A DNA stretch of 64,000 nt from Rhodospirillaceae bacterium (GTDB lineage Bacteria; Pseudomonadota; Gammaproteobacteria; Steroidobacterales; Rariloculaceae): NCBI GenBank assembly GCA_024638465.1, contig JAHEKF010000006.1, positions 10,777 to 74,776 on the forward strand, read 5' to 3'. This document shows, one piece after another, positions 28,277 to 38,106 of the stretch. The notes below the pieces were generated by a model. It was not told where the DNA came from, searched no databases, and saw nothing but the letters and a program-made list of their open reading frames with translations. The position numbers were made by a program, and so were the translations under genes. Position 1 is the stretch's first letter. The number at the start of each line of letters is the position of its first letter.

Positions 28277-29119
28277 ATGCGAGCTTATTCCACGCGCGAG
28301 GTTGCAGACCTTCTTGGAGAATCACCAGCCCGCATTCGCAGCTACGCACGCGCCGATCTCGTCTCTCCGGATCGCACAGCTGCCGGCCATTACCGCTTCT
28401 CTTTTCAGGACCTGGTCATGCTCCGGGCCGCGAAAGATCTGGTCGACGCCGAGCTCGACAGCAAGCGAATGTGGCGCGCGTTGCGAGCATTGCGGGAATC
28501 CCTGCCCTCTGATCGGCCGCTGAGTTCCGTTCGTGTCATGGCGGATGGCGATCGCGTTGTCGTTCGCGAGAGAAATCGCAGCTGGGATCCCGAGACCGGT
28601 CAAACGATCATGGAGTTTCCGGTCGAGACGCTGACCAACAAGGTTGCGCCGCTAGTGCTCGAATCAGCGGTATTGGCCAAGTCACGAGCCAGCACGGGAG
28701 ACGAGTGGTTCGACCTCGGACTCGAGTTTGACCAGATAGGCGCACGTGATGACGCCTGTGCGGCGTACCGGGAAGCGCTGGCGCTCGATTCCGGTCACGT
28801 CAACGCACGCATCAATCTCGGCCGTTTGCTGCACAACGACCGCGCCTACCGTCAGGCGGAGGAACTCTATCGCGAAGCCCTGCGCATCGATCCGGCGAAC
28901 TCGATCGCCGCTTTCAATCTTGGTGTCGTACTCGAAGATCAGGGTGCGCTGCAGGAAGCGATGGAGACGTACCGCCACGCGTTAACCGTGGACCCGAGCA
29001 TCCCGGACGTGCATTACAACATCGCTCGACTCTACGAGCACCAGGGCGACCAGCAATCGGCACGCCATCATTTCTCGCGCTTTCGCGCGCTCCGCAGCCA
29101 GCGAGACGATTTAACATAA
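28277..29119 (+). CDS. MerR-type HTH domain fused to TPR repeats (putative regulator)
   Basis: The N-terminus YSTREVADLLGESPARIRSYARADLV...YRFSFQDLVMLR matches a MerR HTH. The C-terminal half has repeated A..YREAL..DP....A..NLG units, which are TPR repeats. Confidence 0.75.
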   Translation: MRAYSTREVADLLGESPARIRSYARADLVSPDRTAAGHYRFSFQDLVMLRAAKDLVDAELDSKRMWRALRALRESLPSDRPLSSVRVMADGDRVVVRERNRSWDPETGQTIMEFPVETLTNKVAPLVLESAVLAKSRASTGDEWFDLGLEFDQIGARDDACAAYREALALDSGHVNARINLGRLLHNDRAYRQAEELYREALRIDPANSIAAFNLGVVLEDQGALQEAMETYRHALTVDPSIPDVHYNIARLYEHQGDQQSARHHFSRFRALRSQRDDLT

Positions 29120-29123
29120 CACT

Positions 29124-29142
29124 GAATCCGGTTCACGGATTC
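29124..29142 (+). terminator. stem-loop after the MerR-TPR gene (no U-tract)
   Basis: GAATCCG-gttca-CGGATTC starts 5 nt after the TAA. It lacks a T-run, so terminator function is uncertain. Confidence 0.35.
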
Positions 29143-29466
29143 ACGGTCGAAAAACCCCTTCTGTCAACGACTTAAGCGCGGCACCGTTGTACCTCGCAAC
29201 AGCTGACGCAAGGACAGAGCCATGGAATCGATCACAATGAAATTGCCTCCCGGACGCGAAAGCGATCGGCGTATTGTGCGATTCTGGGGCGAGCGCCGCC
29301 TGCACGATTTCGCCGACACCGGAGTCTTCACGATCTCGACAGCTGCATCGGACACTTGTCCGCACGACACGCCCCACAAACGTGGCGGCAACGAGACCCT
29401 AGCCAATTTGTTAATCGAGGTTAACGGCAGGCTCGACCTCGCAGACAGCGAGTGCGGCGGCGATCC

Positions 29467-30579
29467 CTATGAACGCGACGAGTTCTCCAGGCGCAGGATC
29501 TCGTCATAGAGCGCCAGCGTCTTCTCGACCGTCGTTTCCACCCGAAAATCCGTGGCAATCCGAACGCGCGCCTGCTTACCGAGCTGCCGGCAACGATCGC
29601 GATCGTGATAGAGGCTCGATAGCGCCTGACCCAACGCACTCACATCGCCCGCCGGAACGACCAGACCGGACTGGTCGTTCTCCACGAGTTCAGGGTTACC
29701 TCCCGAATCACTGACGACCGGTGTCGTTTCGTAGGCCATCGCCTCGATGACCGAACGCGGCAAACCCTCGCGCTTGAGACTCGGCAGCACGGACACGTCC
29801 GATGCGGCCATCAACGACGGCGCGTCGGTACGATATCCGAGGACGTGGATGCGCTCGCGATGAGGAGATTTCGCGATCTGATCGGCGATCGGCACCGAGT
29901 CCATGCCGTTGCCAATCAATAGCACATGGACGCGCGAATCTTCGGGAATCGCGCTGAGGGACTCGACGAAGAGCGGAACGCCTTTGCGCGGGCGCACGTT
30001 CGTCACACAGCAGATCACGAACGCATCCCCGGAAATACCCAGCGTCGTCAGATCCGCAGGCTCATCTTGATACCAGGCGAGATCATGTCCCTTGTGAATC
30101 GTCACCAGACGTTCCTCGGGCAGATGCAGACCGAAGCCGCCGAGATCCAGCAAGCCTTTCCTCACGGCCTCTGCCACGCAAATGATTCTATCGACCCGCG
30201 GATTGAGAAAACTCATCCAGTCCATCGGATTGAGGTAGCTGATGTTCCCCACAATGCCGCGATATAGAACGAGCCTGGTGCTATTGCCTTTCGCGGCGGC
30301 AAGTCCGTTCACGATCGGCATCTTTCGAAACAGGTGCGTGATATGCGGCCGGTGCTCCGCCAAATGCCCGCGAATTACCTCCCTTCCCGCACGATCAAAT
30401 TTACTTCGCAGTCTGAGTATCGAATGCGGAACGCCCGCGTCACGAAGCCAATCGATTTGCGCGGACTCTTCCCACAACAGCACTTTGAGATCGACGCCCG
30501 CACGATGCAGGCCGATGAACGTGCCGGTTTCCGGACGATCGGCCGCGTCCGTGATCGCGAGGACTCTGAGCTCACTCAT
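29467..30579 (-). CDS. glycosyltransferase family 4 (GT-B fold)
   Basis: Contains the Ex7E region KREGLPRSVIEAMAYETTPVVSDSGGNPELV. 370 aa. Confidence 0.85.
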   Translation of the reverse strand: MSELRVLAITDAADRPETGTFIGLHRAGVDLKVLLWEESAQIDWLRDAGVPHSILRLRSKFDRAGREVIRGHLAEHRPHITHLFRKMPIVNGLAAAKGNSTRLVLYRGIVGNISYLNPMDWMSFLNPRVDRIICVAEAVRKGLLDLGGFGLHLPEERLVTIHKGHDLAWYQDEPADLTTLGISGDAFVICCVTNVRPRKGVPLFVESLSAIPEDSRVHVLLIGNGMDSVPIADQIAKSPHRERIHVLGYRTDAPSLMAASDVSVLPSLKREGLPRSVIEAMAYETTPVVSDSGGNPELVENDQSGLVVPAGDVSALGQALSSLYHDRDRCRQLGKQARVRIATDFRVETTVEKTLALYDEILRLENSSRS

Positions 30580-30718
30580 AGCGTTTTCGGCAGCTTAGAA
30601 AGGAAATTAATGGCAGCTTCTCGAATTGCCCGGAATCGGCCGCCATCCCCTTTCGCTGTCGCAGGAAGAGAACTTGGGCAGACAATCAATAACCGCTATG
30701 CTTTAAATAAGAGGGACG

Positions 30719-31090
30719 TTGCATCCTAGACGGACACTCGCAGCTATGAAAGAGGAATACGCAGAACTCCAGAGCCTATTGCTGGCTAAACGTGAGGAAC
30801 TCACGGCTCGTCTCGAGCGCCTCAAGGATAATCTTACGTCTGGTCGCAGCGCGGACTCGCAGGAACAGGCACAGGAGCTCGAGAATGCGGAAGTCGTCGA
30901 CGCGCTCGGAAACGAAGCTCGGCTCGAGCTCAGCAAGATCGCGATAGCCCTGGAGCAAATGAAGACTGACACCTACGGCGAGTGCGTCAATTGCGGCGAG
31001 GAGATTCCGCTGGCGCGACTTAAAGCGTATCTGTTTGCGGACCGCTGCATCCGTTGCGCGACCGCCGAAGAACAGCGCAGCGCGCGCTAG
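30719..31090 (+). CDS. DksA/TraR-family C4 zinc-finger protein
   Basis: Has an N-terminal coiled coil and C-terminal CVNCGEEIPLARLKAYLFADRCIRC (CxxC-x17-CxxC). The start is either TTG 30719 or ATG 30746. Confidence 0.8.
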   Translation: MHPRRTLAAMKEEYAELQSLLLAKREELTARLERLKDNLTSGRSADSQEQAQELENAEVVDALGNEARLELSKIAIALEQMKTDTYGECVNCGEEIPLARLKAYLFADRCIRCATAEEQRSAR

Positions 31091-31093
31091 CCA

Positions 31094-34000
31094 TCAGCGG
31101 ACTAATTCCGGCCATTTCTCGAGCAGTACCTCGCGCTGTTGTGCCGTTTCGGCGGCTGCTTTAGCCTTGACCGGCCCAAATCCCCGGATCTCCTCGGGAA
31201 GGCTCGCCAGTTCGAGCGCAACTGCAAAGTAACGCTCATCCAGCCGCTCAGCTATCGCAGTCAGAATCGCTTCGTACTCGGCGAGCAGCCGACGCTCGAG
31301 CTTCCGGTCGGCGGTGTAGGAAAACGGATCGAGGCGACTACCGCGCAGAAACCGCATCCTGGCGAGCCCGCGCAGCAACACGATCGACCAGGCGCCAAAT
31401 GCCCGTTTCCGTGGACGACCCGTATTCGGATCCATCCCTGAAATCCACGGCGGCGAAAAATGGAACTCCAGTTTTGGCTCACCCTCGTACTCGTCGCGAA
31501 GCTTGTCGAGAAATTCCGTTTCCGTGTACAGACGTGCAACTTCATACTCGTCCTTGTACGCGAGTAACTTGAAGTAGCTTCGGGCAACGGCCTCCGCCAA
31601 CGCCGATGACTCCGGTAAGATTTTCTTCTCGACTTCCTGAATGCTTGCGACCGCATCTCGATAGCGATTCGCGTAATCGCCATCCTGATACTGTGTCAGG
31701 TATTCCGCGCGACGTTCGATCGTTTCCTTCAACGACCCTGCAACGCGTTCCTGCGGGTTGGCGCCATTTGAAAGCCGCTCGGTTTCCGCAGTGTCAACGA
31801 CGGAATAGCGGCCCCAATTCAGTGCCAGCTTGTTGCGCTCGACATTGGTACCGAAAAGCTCGAGCGCGCGATCGAGCGCCGCCACGCTGACCGGCAACAG
31901 CCCGCGCTGCAGCGCCGCGCCCAGCAGGAAGACATTGGCCGACAACGCGTCGCCCGTCAGTGCGTACGCCAGGCGGGAAGCGTCGACGGCATGGAAACCA
32001 TCATCGCGGCTTGCATCCCGCAGTGCGAGCAGCAGCGCCTGGCCGGGAAATTCGAGATCCCTCTCGTGAATAAAATCGGGTGGCATCTCCTCGTGTGAGT
32101 TCACGAGAACCGAGGTGCGGTCTGTCGACAGCCTGATCAGCGTGTCCTTGCCGGCAGCGACGAGCAGATCACCGCCCAGCAGCAGATCGACCTGACCAAC
32201 GGGTATCCTTGCACCGTGGAGCTCATCGCTACTATCGGCGACTCGCAGATGCGACAGCACGGCCCCGAATTTCTGCGCAAGCCCGGTCTGGTCCAACTCC
32301 ATCACCGCCTTGCCCTCCAGATGCGCGGCCAGACCGATCAACCCGCTCGTCGTCACGACGCCAGTCCCGCCAACGCCAGCAACGAGTACGTTATATGGCT
32401 TCGACAGGTCCGGCATCGGCGGTTCAGGAAGATCCGGCAATTTGTCGAGCGATAGCGCGGCGGGCGCTTTGGGTACAGCGTCGCGCAGCGTAACGAAGCT
32501 CGGGCAGAATCCGTCGAGGCAACTGTAGTCGCGATTGCAGGCCGACTGGTTAATCGTACGCTTGCGCCCGAATTCGGTCTCTACAGGCACGACCGAGAGG
32601 CAGTTCGAGACCTGGTTGCAGTCCCCGCAGCCTTCGCAGACCAGCTCGTTGATTACGACGCGGCGTGAAGGCGTCTCGATGAGCCCCCGTTTACGTTTCC
32701 GACGCAGCTCGGCAGCACAGGTCTGCACATAGATGAGCGCCGAGACCCCGGGCTGCTCGCGAAGACGCAACTGAACGCGGTCAAGCTCGCTTCGGTGATG
32801 CACGGCGACCTCTGCTGGTAGCTGCGAATCGTTTTTCATTCGCTCGGGATCGTCCGTGACAACGACGACGGGTTTCACACCCTCGGCCACGAGCTGCCGG
32901 GCAACCTGACCAGCGCTGAAATTTCCTTCGACCGGTTGCCCACCAGTCATTGCGACGGCATCGTTGTGCAAAACCTTGTAGGTCATGTTGACGCCGGATG
33001 CGACAGCCGCGCGAATCGCGAGCGATCCCGAATGCGCGTAAGTGCCGTCGCCGATGTTCTGGAAGACGTGGCCCGTGTCCGTGAATGGCGCGTGACCGAT
33101 CCAGCTCGCGCCTTCGCCGCCCATTTGCGTATAGGTCTCGGTGTTTCTTCCCATCCAGGCGACCATGAAGTGGCAACCGATACCGGCTATCGCACGACTA
33201 CCATCCGGCACTCTCGTCGAGGTGTTATGCGGACAGCCGGAACAAAAATGCGGCTTGCGCACGGCGTTACCGGAAACCTGTGCGATCGCTTCGTCCTTGC
33301 GCGTAAGGTAAGCGAGACGCGAATCAATGGAAGAGCTCGGGAAGAAACGCGCCAGGCGCTTTCCGAGCGCAGCGGCAACGACACCCGTATTCAGTTCACC
33401 GGTCGACGGCAGAAGCCGTTCGCCGCGCTCATCGCGCTTGCCTACGATTGTCGGCCTTGCGCTGCCCGCAGTATCGAACAGCAGTTCCTTGAACTGCGAC
33501 TCGATCAGGCTGCGCTTCTCCTCGATGACGAGGATCTCTTCGAGTCCGTCTGCGAACGCGCGGGCGCCGGCCGGTTCGAGCGGCCAGCTCATGCCGACTT
33601 TGTAGAGGCGGATGCCAACTTCGCTCGCGCGCCCCGGAGAGAGCCCAAGATCTTCAAGCGCCTGCATTGTGTCGGAATGCGCCTTTCCCGACGTCACGAT
33701 CCCGAATCGCGGCTGCGGCCCGTCGATGATCGTTCGATCGACGTTGTTGGCGCGAGCGAACGCAGCAACGGCATCGAGCCTCAATCCGTGCAACCGCGTC
33801 TCCTGGTCGAGCGGCGGATCCGGCCAGCGAATACCGGGCCCGTCCGGCGGCATCTCGAAGGAAGGCTCGACGAGGGCGAAGCTGTCGTGATCGAAGTCGA
33901 TCGTCTGAGACGCGTCCGCCGTCTCCGGAATCGACTTCATTCCCACCCAGCAACCGCTGAAGCGGGACAGGCCGTAGCCGAGCAAGCCGAATTCGATCAA

Positions 34001-34537
34001 CTCCTGCACGGTGGTCGGATTCAGTACCGGCATCATCGCATCGATGAACGCGAATTCGCTCTGGTGCGCGATCGTCGACGACTTGCAATTGTGATCGTCG
34101 CCGGCCGCAACAAGGACGCCACCGTAACGCGAAGTACCGGCGGAGTTACCGTGTTTTAGCGCGTCGCTCGCGCGATCCACGCCAGGACCTTTCCCGTACC
34201 AGAGGCTGAATACGCCGTCGTAGCGTGTTTCCGGAAAAAGCGTCGCTTGCTGGCTGCCCCAAATTGCGGTCGCGGCCAGCTCCTCATTGACGCCGGGCTG
34301 AAAGTGAATCCCGGCCTTCTCGATCGCTTTGCCTGCCCGCCAGATCTCGCGATCGAGACCGCCGAGCGGCGAGCCACGGTAGCCCGACACGAAGCCGGCC
34401 GTGCGCAGCCCGGCGCGCTCGTCCCGGCGCCGCTGAATCAATAGCGTTCGGACGAGCGCCTGCAGACCGGTGAGGAAAACGGCGTGCTTATCGAGCTGAT
34501 AGCACTCGTCGAGTCGGTTAATTTGCCTCAGCGCCAC
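31094..34537 (-). CDS. indolepyruvate/2-oxoacid:ferredoxin oxidoreductase family protein (fused alpha-beta, 1147 aa)
   Basis: The N-terminus FLTGLQALVRTLLIQRRRDERAGLRTAGFVSGYRGSPLGG is typical of the fused Ior family. A Cys cluster CEGCGDCNQVSNC and a C-terminal IorB-like half are also present. Confidence 0.88.
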   Translation of the reverse strand: MALRQINRLDECYQLDKHAVFLTGLQALVRTLLIQRRRDERAGLRTAGFVSGYRGSPLGGLDREIWRAGKAIEKAGIHFQPGVNEELAATAIWGSQQATLFPETRYDGVFSLWYGKGPGVDRASDALKHGNSAGTSRYGGVLVAAGDDHNCKSSTIAHQSEFAFIDAMMPVLNPTTVQELIEFGLLGYGLSRFSGCWVGMKSIPETADASQTIDFDHDSFALVEPSFEMPPDGPGIRWPDPPLDQETRLHGLRLDAVAAFARANNVDRTIIDGPQPRFGIVTSGKAHSDTMQALEDLGLSPGRASEVGIRLYKVGMSWPLEPAGARAFADGLEEILVIEEKRSLIESQFKELLFDTAGSARPTIVGKRDERGERLLPSTGELNTGVVAAALGKRLARFFPSSSIDSRLAYLTRKDEAIAQVSGNAVRKPHFCSGCPHNTSTRVPDGSRAIAGIGCHFMVAWMGRNTETYTQMGGEGASWIGHAPFTDTGHVFQNIGDGTYAHSGSLAIRAAVASGVNMTYKVLHNDAVAMTGGQPVEGNFSAGQVARQLVAEGVKPVVVVTDDPERMKNDSQLPAEVAVHHRSELDRVQLRLREQPGVSALIYVQTCAAELRRKRKRGLIETPSRRVVINELVCEGCGDCNQVSNCLSVVPVETEFGRKRTINQSACNRDYSCLDGFCPSFVTLRDAVPKAPAALSLDKLPDLPEPPMPDLSKPYNVLVAGVGGTGVVTTSGLIGLAAHLEGKAVMELDQTGLAQKFGAVLSHLRVADSSDELHGARIPVGQVDLLLGGDLLVAAGKDTLIRLSTDRTSVLVNSHEEMPPDFIHERDLEFPGQALLLALRDASRDDGFHAVDASRLAYALTGDALSANVFLLGAALQRGLLPVSVAALDRALELFGTNVERNKLALNWGRYSVVDTAETERLSNGANPQERVAGSLKETIERRAEYLTQYQDGDYANRYRDAVASIQEVEKKILPESSALAEAVARSYFKLLAYKDEYEVARLYTETEFLDKLRDEYEGEPKLEFHFSPPWISGMDPNTGRPRKRAFGAWSIVLLRGLARMRFLRGSRLDPFSYTADRKLERRLLAEYEAILTAIAERLDERYFAVALELASLPEEIRGFGPVKAKAAAETAQQREVLLEKWPELVR

Positions 34538-34550
34538 GATTTTCCGGTTA

Positions 34551-35540
34551 TCAGGGATCGGGATGATCCGAAATGAGTTTCACAAAGTCATTCATGCCAA
34601 CGTTACCGCCGCTCAGAACGATTCCGACGCAACCGTAAGACTTCGCGGCACCCGCAAGCACATCTGCCAATGCGACCGCGCCGGAAGGCTCGAGCACGAG
34701 TTTGAGATGGCGCATTGCGAAAGCCATCGCATGGCATGCCTGCGCGTCCGACACTGCGTGGCCGCCAGTCAGCACCTCCCGGTTGATCGCGAAAGTGATC
34801 GCTCCCGGTTTATCGGCCATGAGCGCATCGCACAGTGTCTCGGGATGGCCCTTAACGACCTGCCGGCTATCCGCTTCGAGCGACCGTCGGGTTTCGTCGT
34901 AGCCTTCTGGCTCGACTGCGAAAATTTCGCAGTCGGGATACTCGGCCCTGACACTCAAGCCGCATCCCGCGATAAGCCCACCACCGCCGCATGGCGCGAA
35001 CATCGCATCCAGAGTCAGTCCCTCGGCACTCGCATAGGCTGCCAGCTCGATGCCAACCGTTCCCTGCCCGGCAATGATGTCGGGATGATCGAATGCGGGC
35101 ACGAGTGCCGCGCCTTTTTCCTCCGCGACATGCGCTGCGATATGTTCGCGATCCTCACGGTAGCGATCGTACAGCACGATGTCCGCACCGAGCGTCCGGG
35201 TATTGAACTGCTTGATCTTGGGCGCATCCTGCGGCATGACGATCGTGGAATCGACGCCGAGCCACTTCGCGGCAAGCGCGACCCCCTGAGCGTGATTTCC
35301 GGACGAGTAAGCAACGACGCCAGAGCTACGCTCGGTATGGCTGAGCTGGAGCAGTCGATTGAGTGCGCCCCGGATCTTGAAAGTGCCAGCGTGCTGCAGT
35401 GACTCGACCTTCACCAGGATCCGGCTGCCGGCTCGCTGGTTGAGGACTTCGGACTCCAGAATTGGTGTCGCGACAAGCCAGTCCCGAAGCCGCCCCGCAG
35501 CTTCTTCGATGTCATCGATTGTCGGCAGGACGTGAGCCAT
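34551..35540 (-). CDS. threonine/serine dehydratase (PLP-dependent, fold type II)
   Basis: Contains the PLP-Lys motif ESLQHAGTFKIRGA, plus SSGNHAQGVA and GGGGLIAG. The track ORF (to 36215) is over-extended antisense into the CDF gene, so I start the call at ATG 35538-35540 (MAHVLPTIDD...). Confidence 0.88.
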   Translation of the reverse strand: MAHVLPTIDDIEEAAGRLRDWLVATPILESEVLNQRAGSRILVKVESLQHAGTFKIRGALNRLLQLSHTERSSGVVAYSSGNHAQGVALAAKWLGVDSTIVMPQDAPKIKQFNTRTLGADIVLYDRYREDREHIAAHVAEEKGAALVPAFDHPDIIAGQGTVGIELAAYASAEGLTLDAMFAPCGGGGLIAGCGLSVRAEYPDCEIFAVEPEGYDETRRSLEADSRQVVKGHPETLCDALMADKPGAITFAINREVLTGGHAVSDAQACHAMAFAMRHLKLVLEPSGAVALADVLAGAAKSYGCVGIVLSGGNVGMNDFVKLISDHPDP

Positions 35541-35666
35541 GAGCCTCGAGATGCCCGAATTCCAGGCGACCACTATAGTCGACCAGGTCATTGTCGCCCT
35601 AGTCGCTGCCCGAAAACCCGCCCGCCACTTCCCCGCGATCGATTTGACTGAGACAATCGCGTCCCC

Positions 35667-36614
35667 ATGCATCAAGACAGACTGAAGATTTGGCAGCACT
35701 CGCACTCCTTCGGCCAGCATATTAAGCGGCCGGGAGAATCGCGCACGCTGATCGTTATCGCGCTGACAAGCGCCATGATGCTGATCGAGATCGGTGCCGG
35801 CGTGATGTTCGGATCGATGGCGCTGCTGGCAGACGGTCTCCACATGGCGTCGCATACGGCGGCGTTGAGCATTAATGCGTTCGCCTATGTCTATGCCCGC
35901 CGCCACGCCCACAACGAAGGCTTCAGCTTCGGTACGGGTAAGGTCAATACGCTCGGCGGCTTCACGGGAGCTGTGCTGCTTGCGGGCTTCGCTCTGTTCA
36001 TGGCTTGGGAGAGCGTCGAACGGCTGCTCTCGCCGGTAGAGATCGCGTTCAATCAGGCGATCATCGTCGCCGCCATGGGACTCATCGTGAATGGCGTTTC
36101 GGTCGTAATACTCGGACACAATCATTCGCATGGCGACGAGTCGGCGCACGGCGAAGATGACCACCATCACCATCATCACCACCACGACCACAACCTGCTG
36201 GCGGCGTATTTGCACGTATTAGCCGACGCGCTAATCTCGGTGCTTGCGATATTCGCGTTATTGGCCGCGAAGTATTTCGGCCTGATCTGGGCAGATCCGG
36301 CGATGGGTGTCGTTGGCGCGATTTTGGTCGCGCGCTGGTCGCTCGGGCTGGTTCGAAGTACGGCGCAGATCCTGCTCGATCGAAACGCGCCGGATGAACT
36401 CTGCGAGGCGGTACGCGAGTGTATCGAATCGGAGGATGACAACCGCGTCGTCGACCTGCATGTCTGGTCCGTTGGCCCGAATATCTACTCTGCAATTGTC
36501 GCCCTCGTGACCCACCATCCGAAATCGCCGGCACACTACAAGGCGTTGATCCCGAAGAAACACAACGTCGTGCACGTGACGATCGAGGTTCACGCCTGCG
36601 ACGACACGCCATAG
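35667..36614 (+). CDS. cation diffusion facilitator (CDF) metal efflux protein with His-rich loop
   Basis: Contains LLADGLHMASH and YLHVLADALISV (HxxxD metal sites in TM2/TM5), the loop HGEDDHHHHHHHHDHN, and a C-terminal cytoplasmic domain. Confidence 0.9.
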   Translation: MHQDRLKIWQHSHSFGQHIKRPGESRTLIVIALTSAMMLIEIGAGVMFGSMALLADGLHMASHTAALSINAFAYVYARRHAHNEGFSFGTGKVNTLGGFTGAVLLAGFALFMAWESVERLLSPVEIAFNQAIIVAAMGLIVNGVSVVILGHNHSHGDESAHGEDDHHHHHHHHDHNLLAAYLHVLADALISVLAIFALLAAKYFGLIWADPAMGVVGAILVARWSLGLVRSTAQILLDRNAPDELCEAVRECIESEDDNRVVDLHVWSVGPNIYSAIVALVTHHPKSPAHYKALIPKKHNVVHVTIEVHACDDTP

Positions 36615-36620
36615 AGACTG

Positions 36621-38105
36621 ATGACGGCCAATGGCGACAACACGGCGGGCGACGCGCCGACTTCACGCCCGCTGGTAAAGCTCGAGAACGTCGACGTCGC
36701 ACTTGCGGGCAACCGCGTGCTTCACGATCTGAACTGGGAACTGCACGCCGGAGAGCATTGGGCGATAGTCGGCGCCAACGGCAGCGGTAAGACCAGTTTT
36801 CTGCGGCTTGTCGCCGGCAATCTCTGGCCTGCGCCAAATAGTGGTAATCGACGCTATGACTTCGACGGCGATATCCAGATCGACGCCGTCCAGGCGCTCG
36901 AACGAATCACTCTGGTTGGGCACGAACTGCAGGATCGCTACACCAGACTTGGCTGGAACTTCGATGCCGTCGATGTCGTGTTGTCGGGCCTGAAGCGAAC
37001 CGACGTCCCGCGACACGAAACGGATCCGCAGGACCGTATCCGCGCCCGTGGCCTGCTGCGCAAACTCAAGCTGCTACATCTTGCCGAAAAGCCGTTCCTT
37101 GAACTCTCACGTGGCCAGCAACGCCGGGTCCTGATTGCGCGAGGACTTGCGTTCAAACCCGTCATCCTGATTCTCGACGAACCCGTCGCCGGGCTGGACG
37201 CCGAGTCGCGCCGCGCACTCAACGAAACGATCGAGCAGATCAGCGAAGACATCACGGTCCTGTGTTCTTACCACGAAGCCGCAAACCTGCCGCGTAACAT
37301 GAATCGAATCTTGCGGCTGGCCGCCGGCCACGTGACCGAGGTCGGCTCGATCGAACCGGGCAGCGACGCCTTCGGCGATCATTCGCGTGACAGCACGCCG
37401 CCACGACCCATCTCTCCCGTGACCACCGACCCCGACAAGGTCGTCATCGACGTCGCGAACGCGAGTATCTGGATCGACAAGCAGCGCGTTCTCGTCGACA
37501 TCAACTGGCGCCTGCTCGAAGGTGAGCACTGGCAGGTCATCGGCGCCAACGGCGCGGGCAAAAGCACGTTTCTGCGACTGCTGCACGGTCAGCTCCGTCC
37601 GGCGAAAGGCGGCTCGATAGAGTTTCCCGCGATTGACGATCCGGACAACGTCTGGTCGCTCCGAAGGCAGATCGCATGGGTATCACCCGAGCTTCAGGCC
37701 GGCTACTGGTATCCGTCTACCGTTTACCAGTGCATCGCGTCGGGCTTCGACTCCAGTATCGGGCAAACGCGCCGCTTGAAGCCCGATGAAGCCGAACTCG
37801 TCGACGAGCTACTCGAGCAGTTCGAGCTGTCGGATTTAAGCAAACGCAACGTGAAGGCACTTTCATACGGGCAGTTTCGCCGTGTCCTGATCGCTCGCGC
37901 GGTCGTCCATAGCCCTAAAGTCCTGCTGCTCGACGAGCCCTGGGAGGGCCTCGATCCCGGCAACCTCGAGCTCATCATGCACGAGCTGACGCAGATCATC
38001 GCGCGGGGCTCCCAGCTCATCTGCGCGACTCACTTCCATCGCCACGCCGAGCAGTTCAACAGAGAGCTGGTTCTCGAGAAAGGTCGGATCGCGCGGGCCG
38101 GATGA
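36621..38105 (+). CDS. ABC ATPase with two tandem nucleotide-binding domains (ModF-like)
   Basis: Has two Walker A motifs (GANGSGKTS, GANGAGKST), two ABC signatures (LSRGQQRR, LSYGQFRR) and two Walker B motifs (ILILDEP, VLLLDEP). No TM domain. 494 aa. Confidence 0.85.
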   Translation: MTANGDNTAGDAPTSRPLVKLENVDVALAGNRVLHDLNWELHAGEHWAIVGANGSGKTSFLRLVAGNLWPAPNSGNRRYDFDGDIQIDAVQALERITLVGHELQDRYTRLGWNFDAVDVVLSGLKRTDVPRHETDPQDRIRARGLLRKLKLLHLAEKPFLELSRGQQRRVLIARGLAFKPVILILDEPVAGLDAESRRALNETIEQISEDITVLCSYHEAANLPRNMNRILRLAAGHVTEVGSIEPGSDAFGDHSRDSTPPRPISPVTTDPDKVVIDVANASIWIDKQRVLVDINWRLLEGEHWQVIGANGAGKSTFLRLLHGQLRPAKGGSIEFPAIDDPDNVWSLRRQIAWVSPELQAGYWYPSTVYQCIASGFDSSIGQTRRLKPDEAELVDELLEQFELSDLSKRNVKALSYGQFRRVLIARAVVHSPKVLLLDEPWEGLDPGNLELIMHELTQIIARGSQLICATHFHRHAEQFNRELVLEKGRIARAG

Positions 38106-38106
38106 C

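Noticed and set aside
36162-36185. A run of eight CAC/CAT codons, as a possible slippage-prone simple repeat or phase-variation tract.
   Set aside because: It encodes the His-rich cytoplasmic loop typical of CDF exporters. The codons are mixed CAC and CAT, not a homopolymeric or perfect trinucleotide tract.
35541-36215. The N-terminal 225 aa of the 554-aa track ORF 34551..36215, which includes a poly-Val/Met run.
   Set aside because: This part is antisense to the well-supported CDF gene. The poly-V/M run is the reverse complement of its His-codon run. The dehydratase homology starts only at MAHVLPTIDD (ATG 35540), so the ORF was truncated there.
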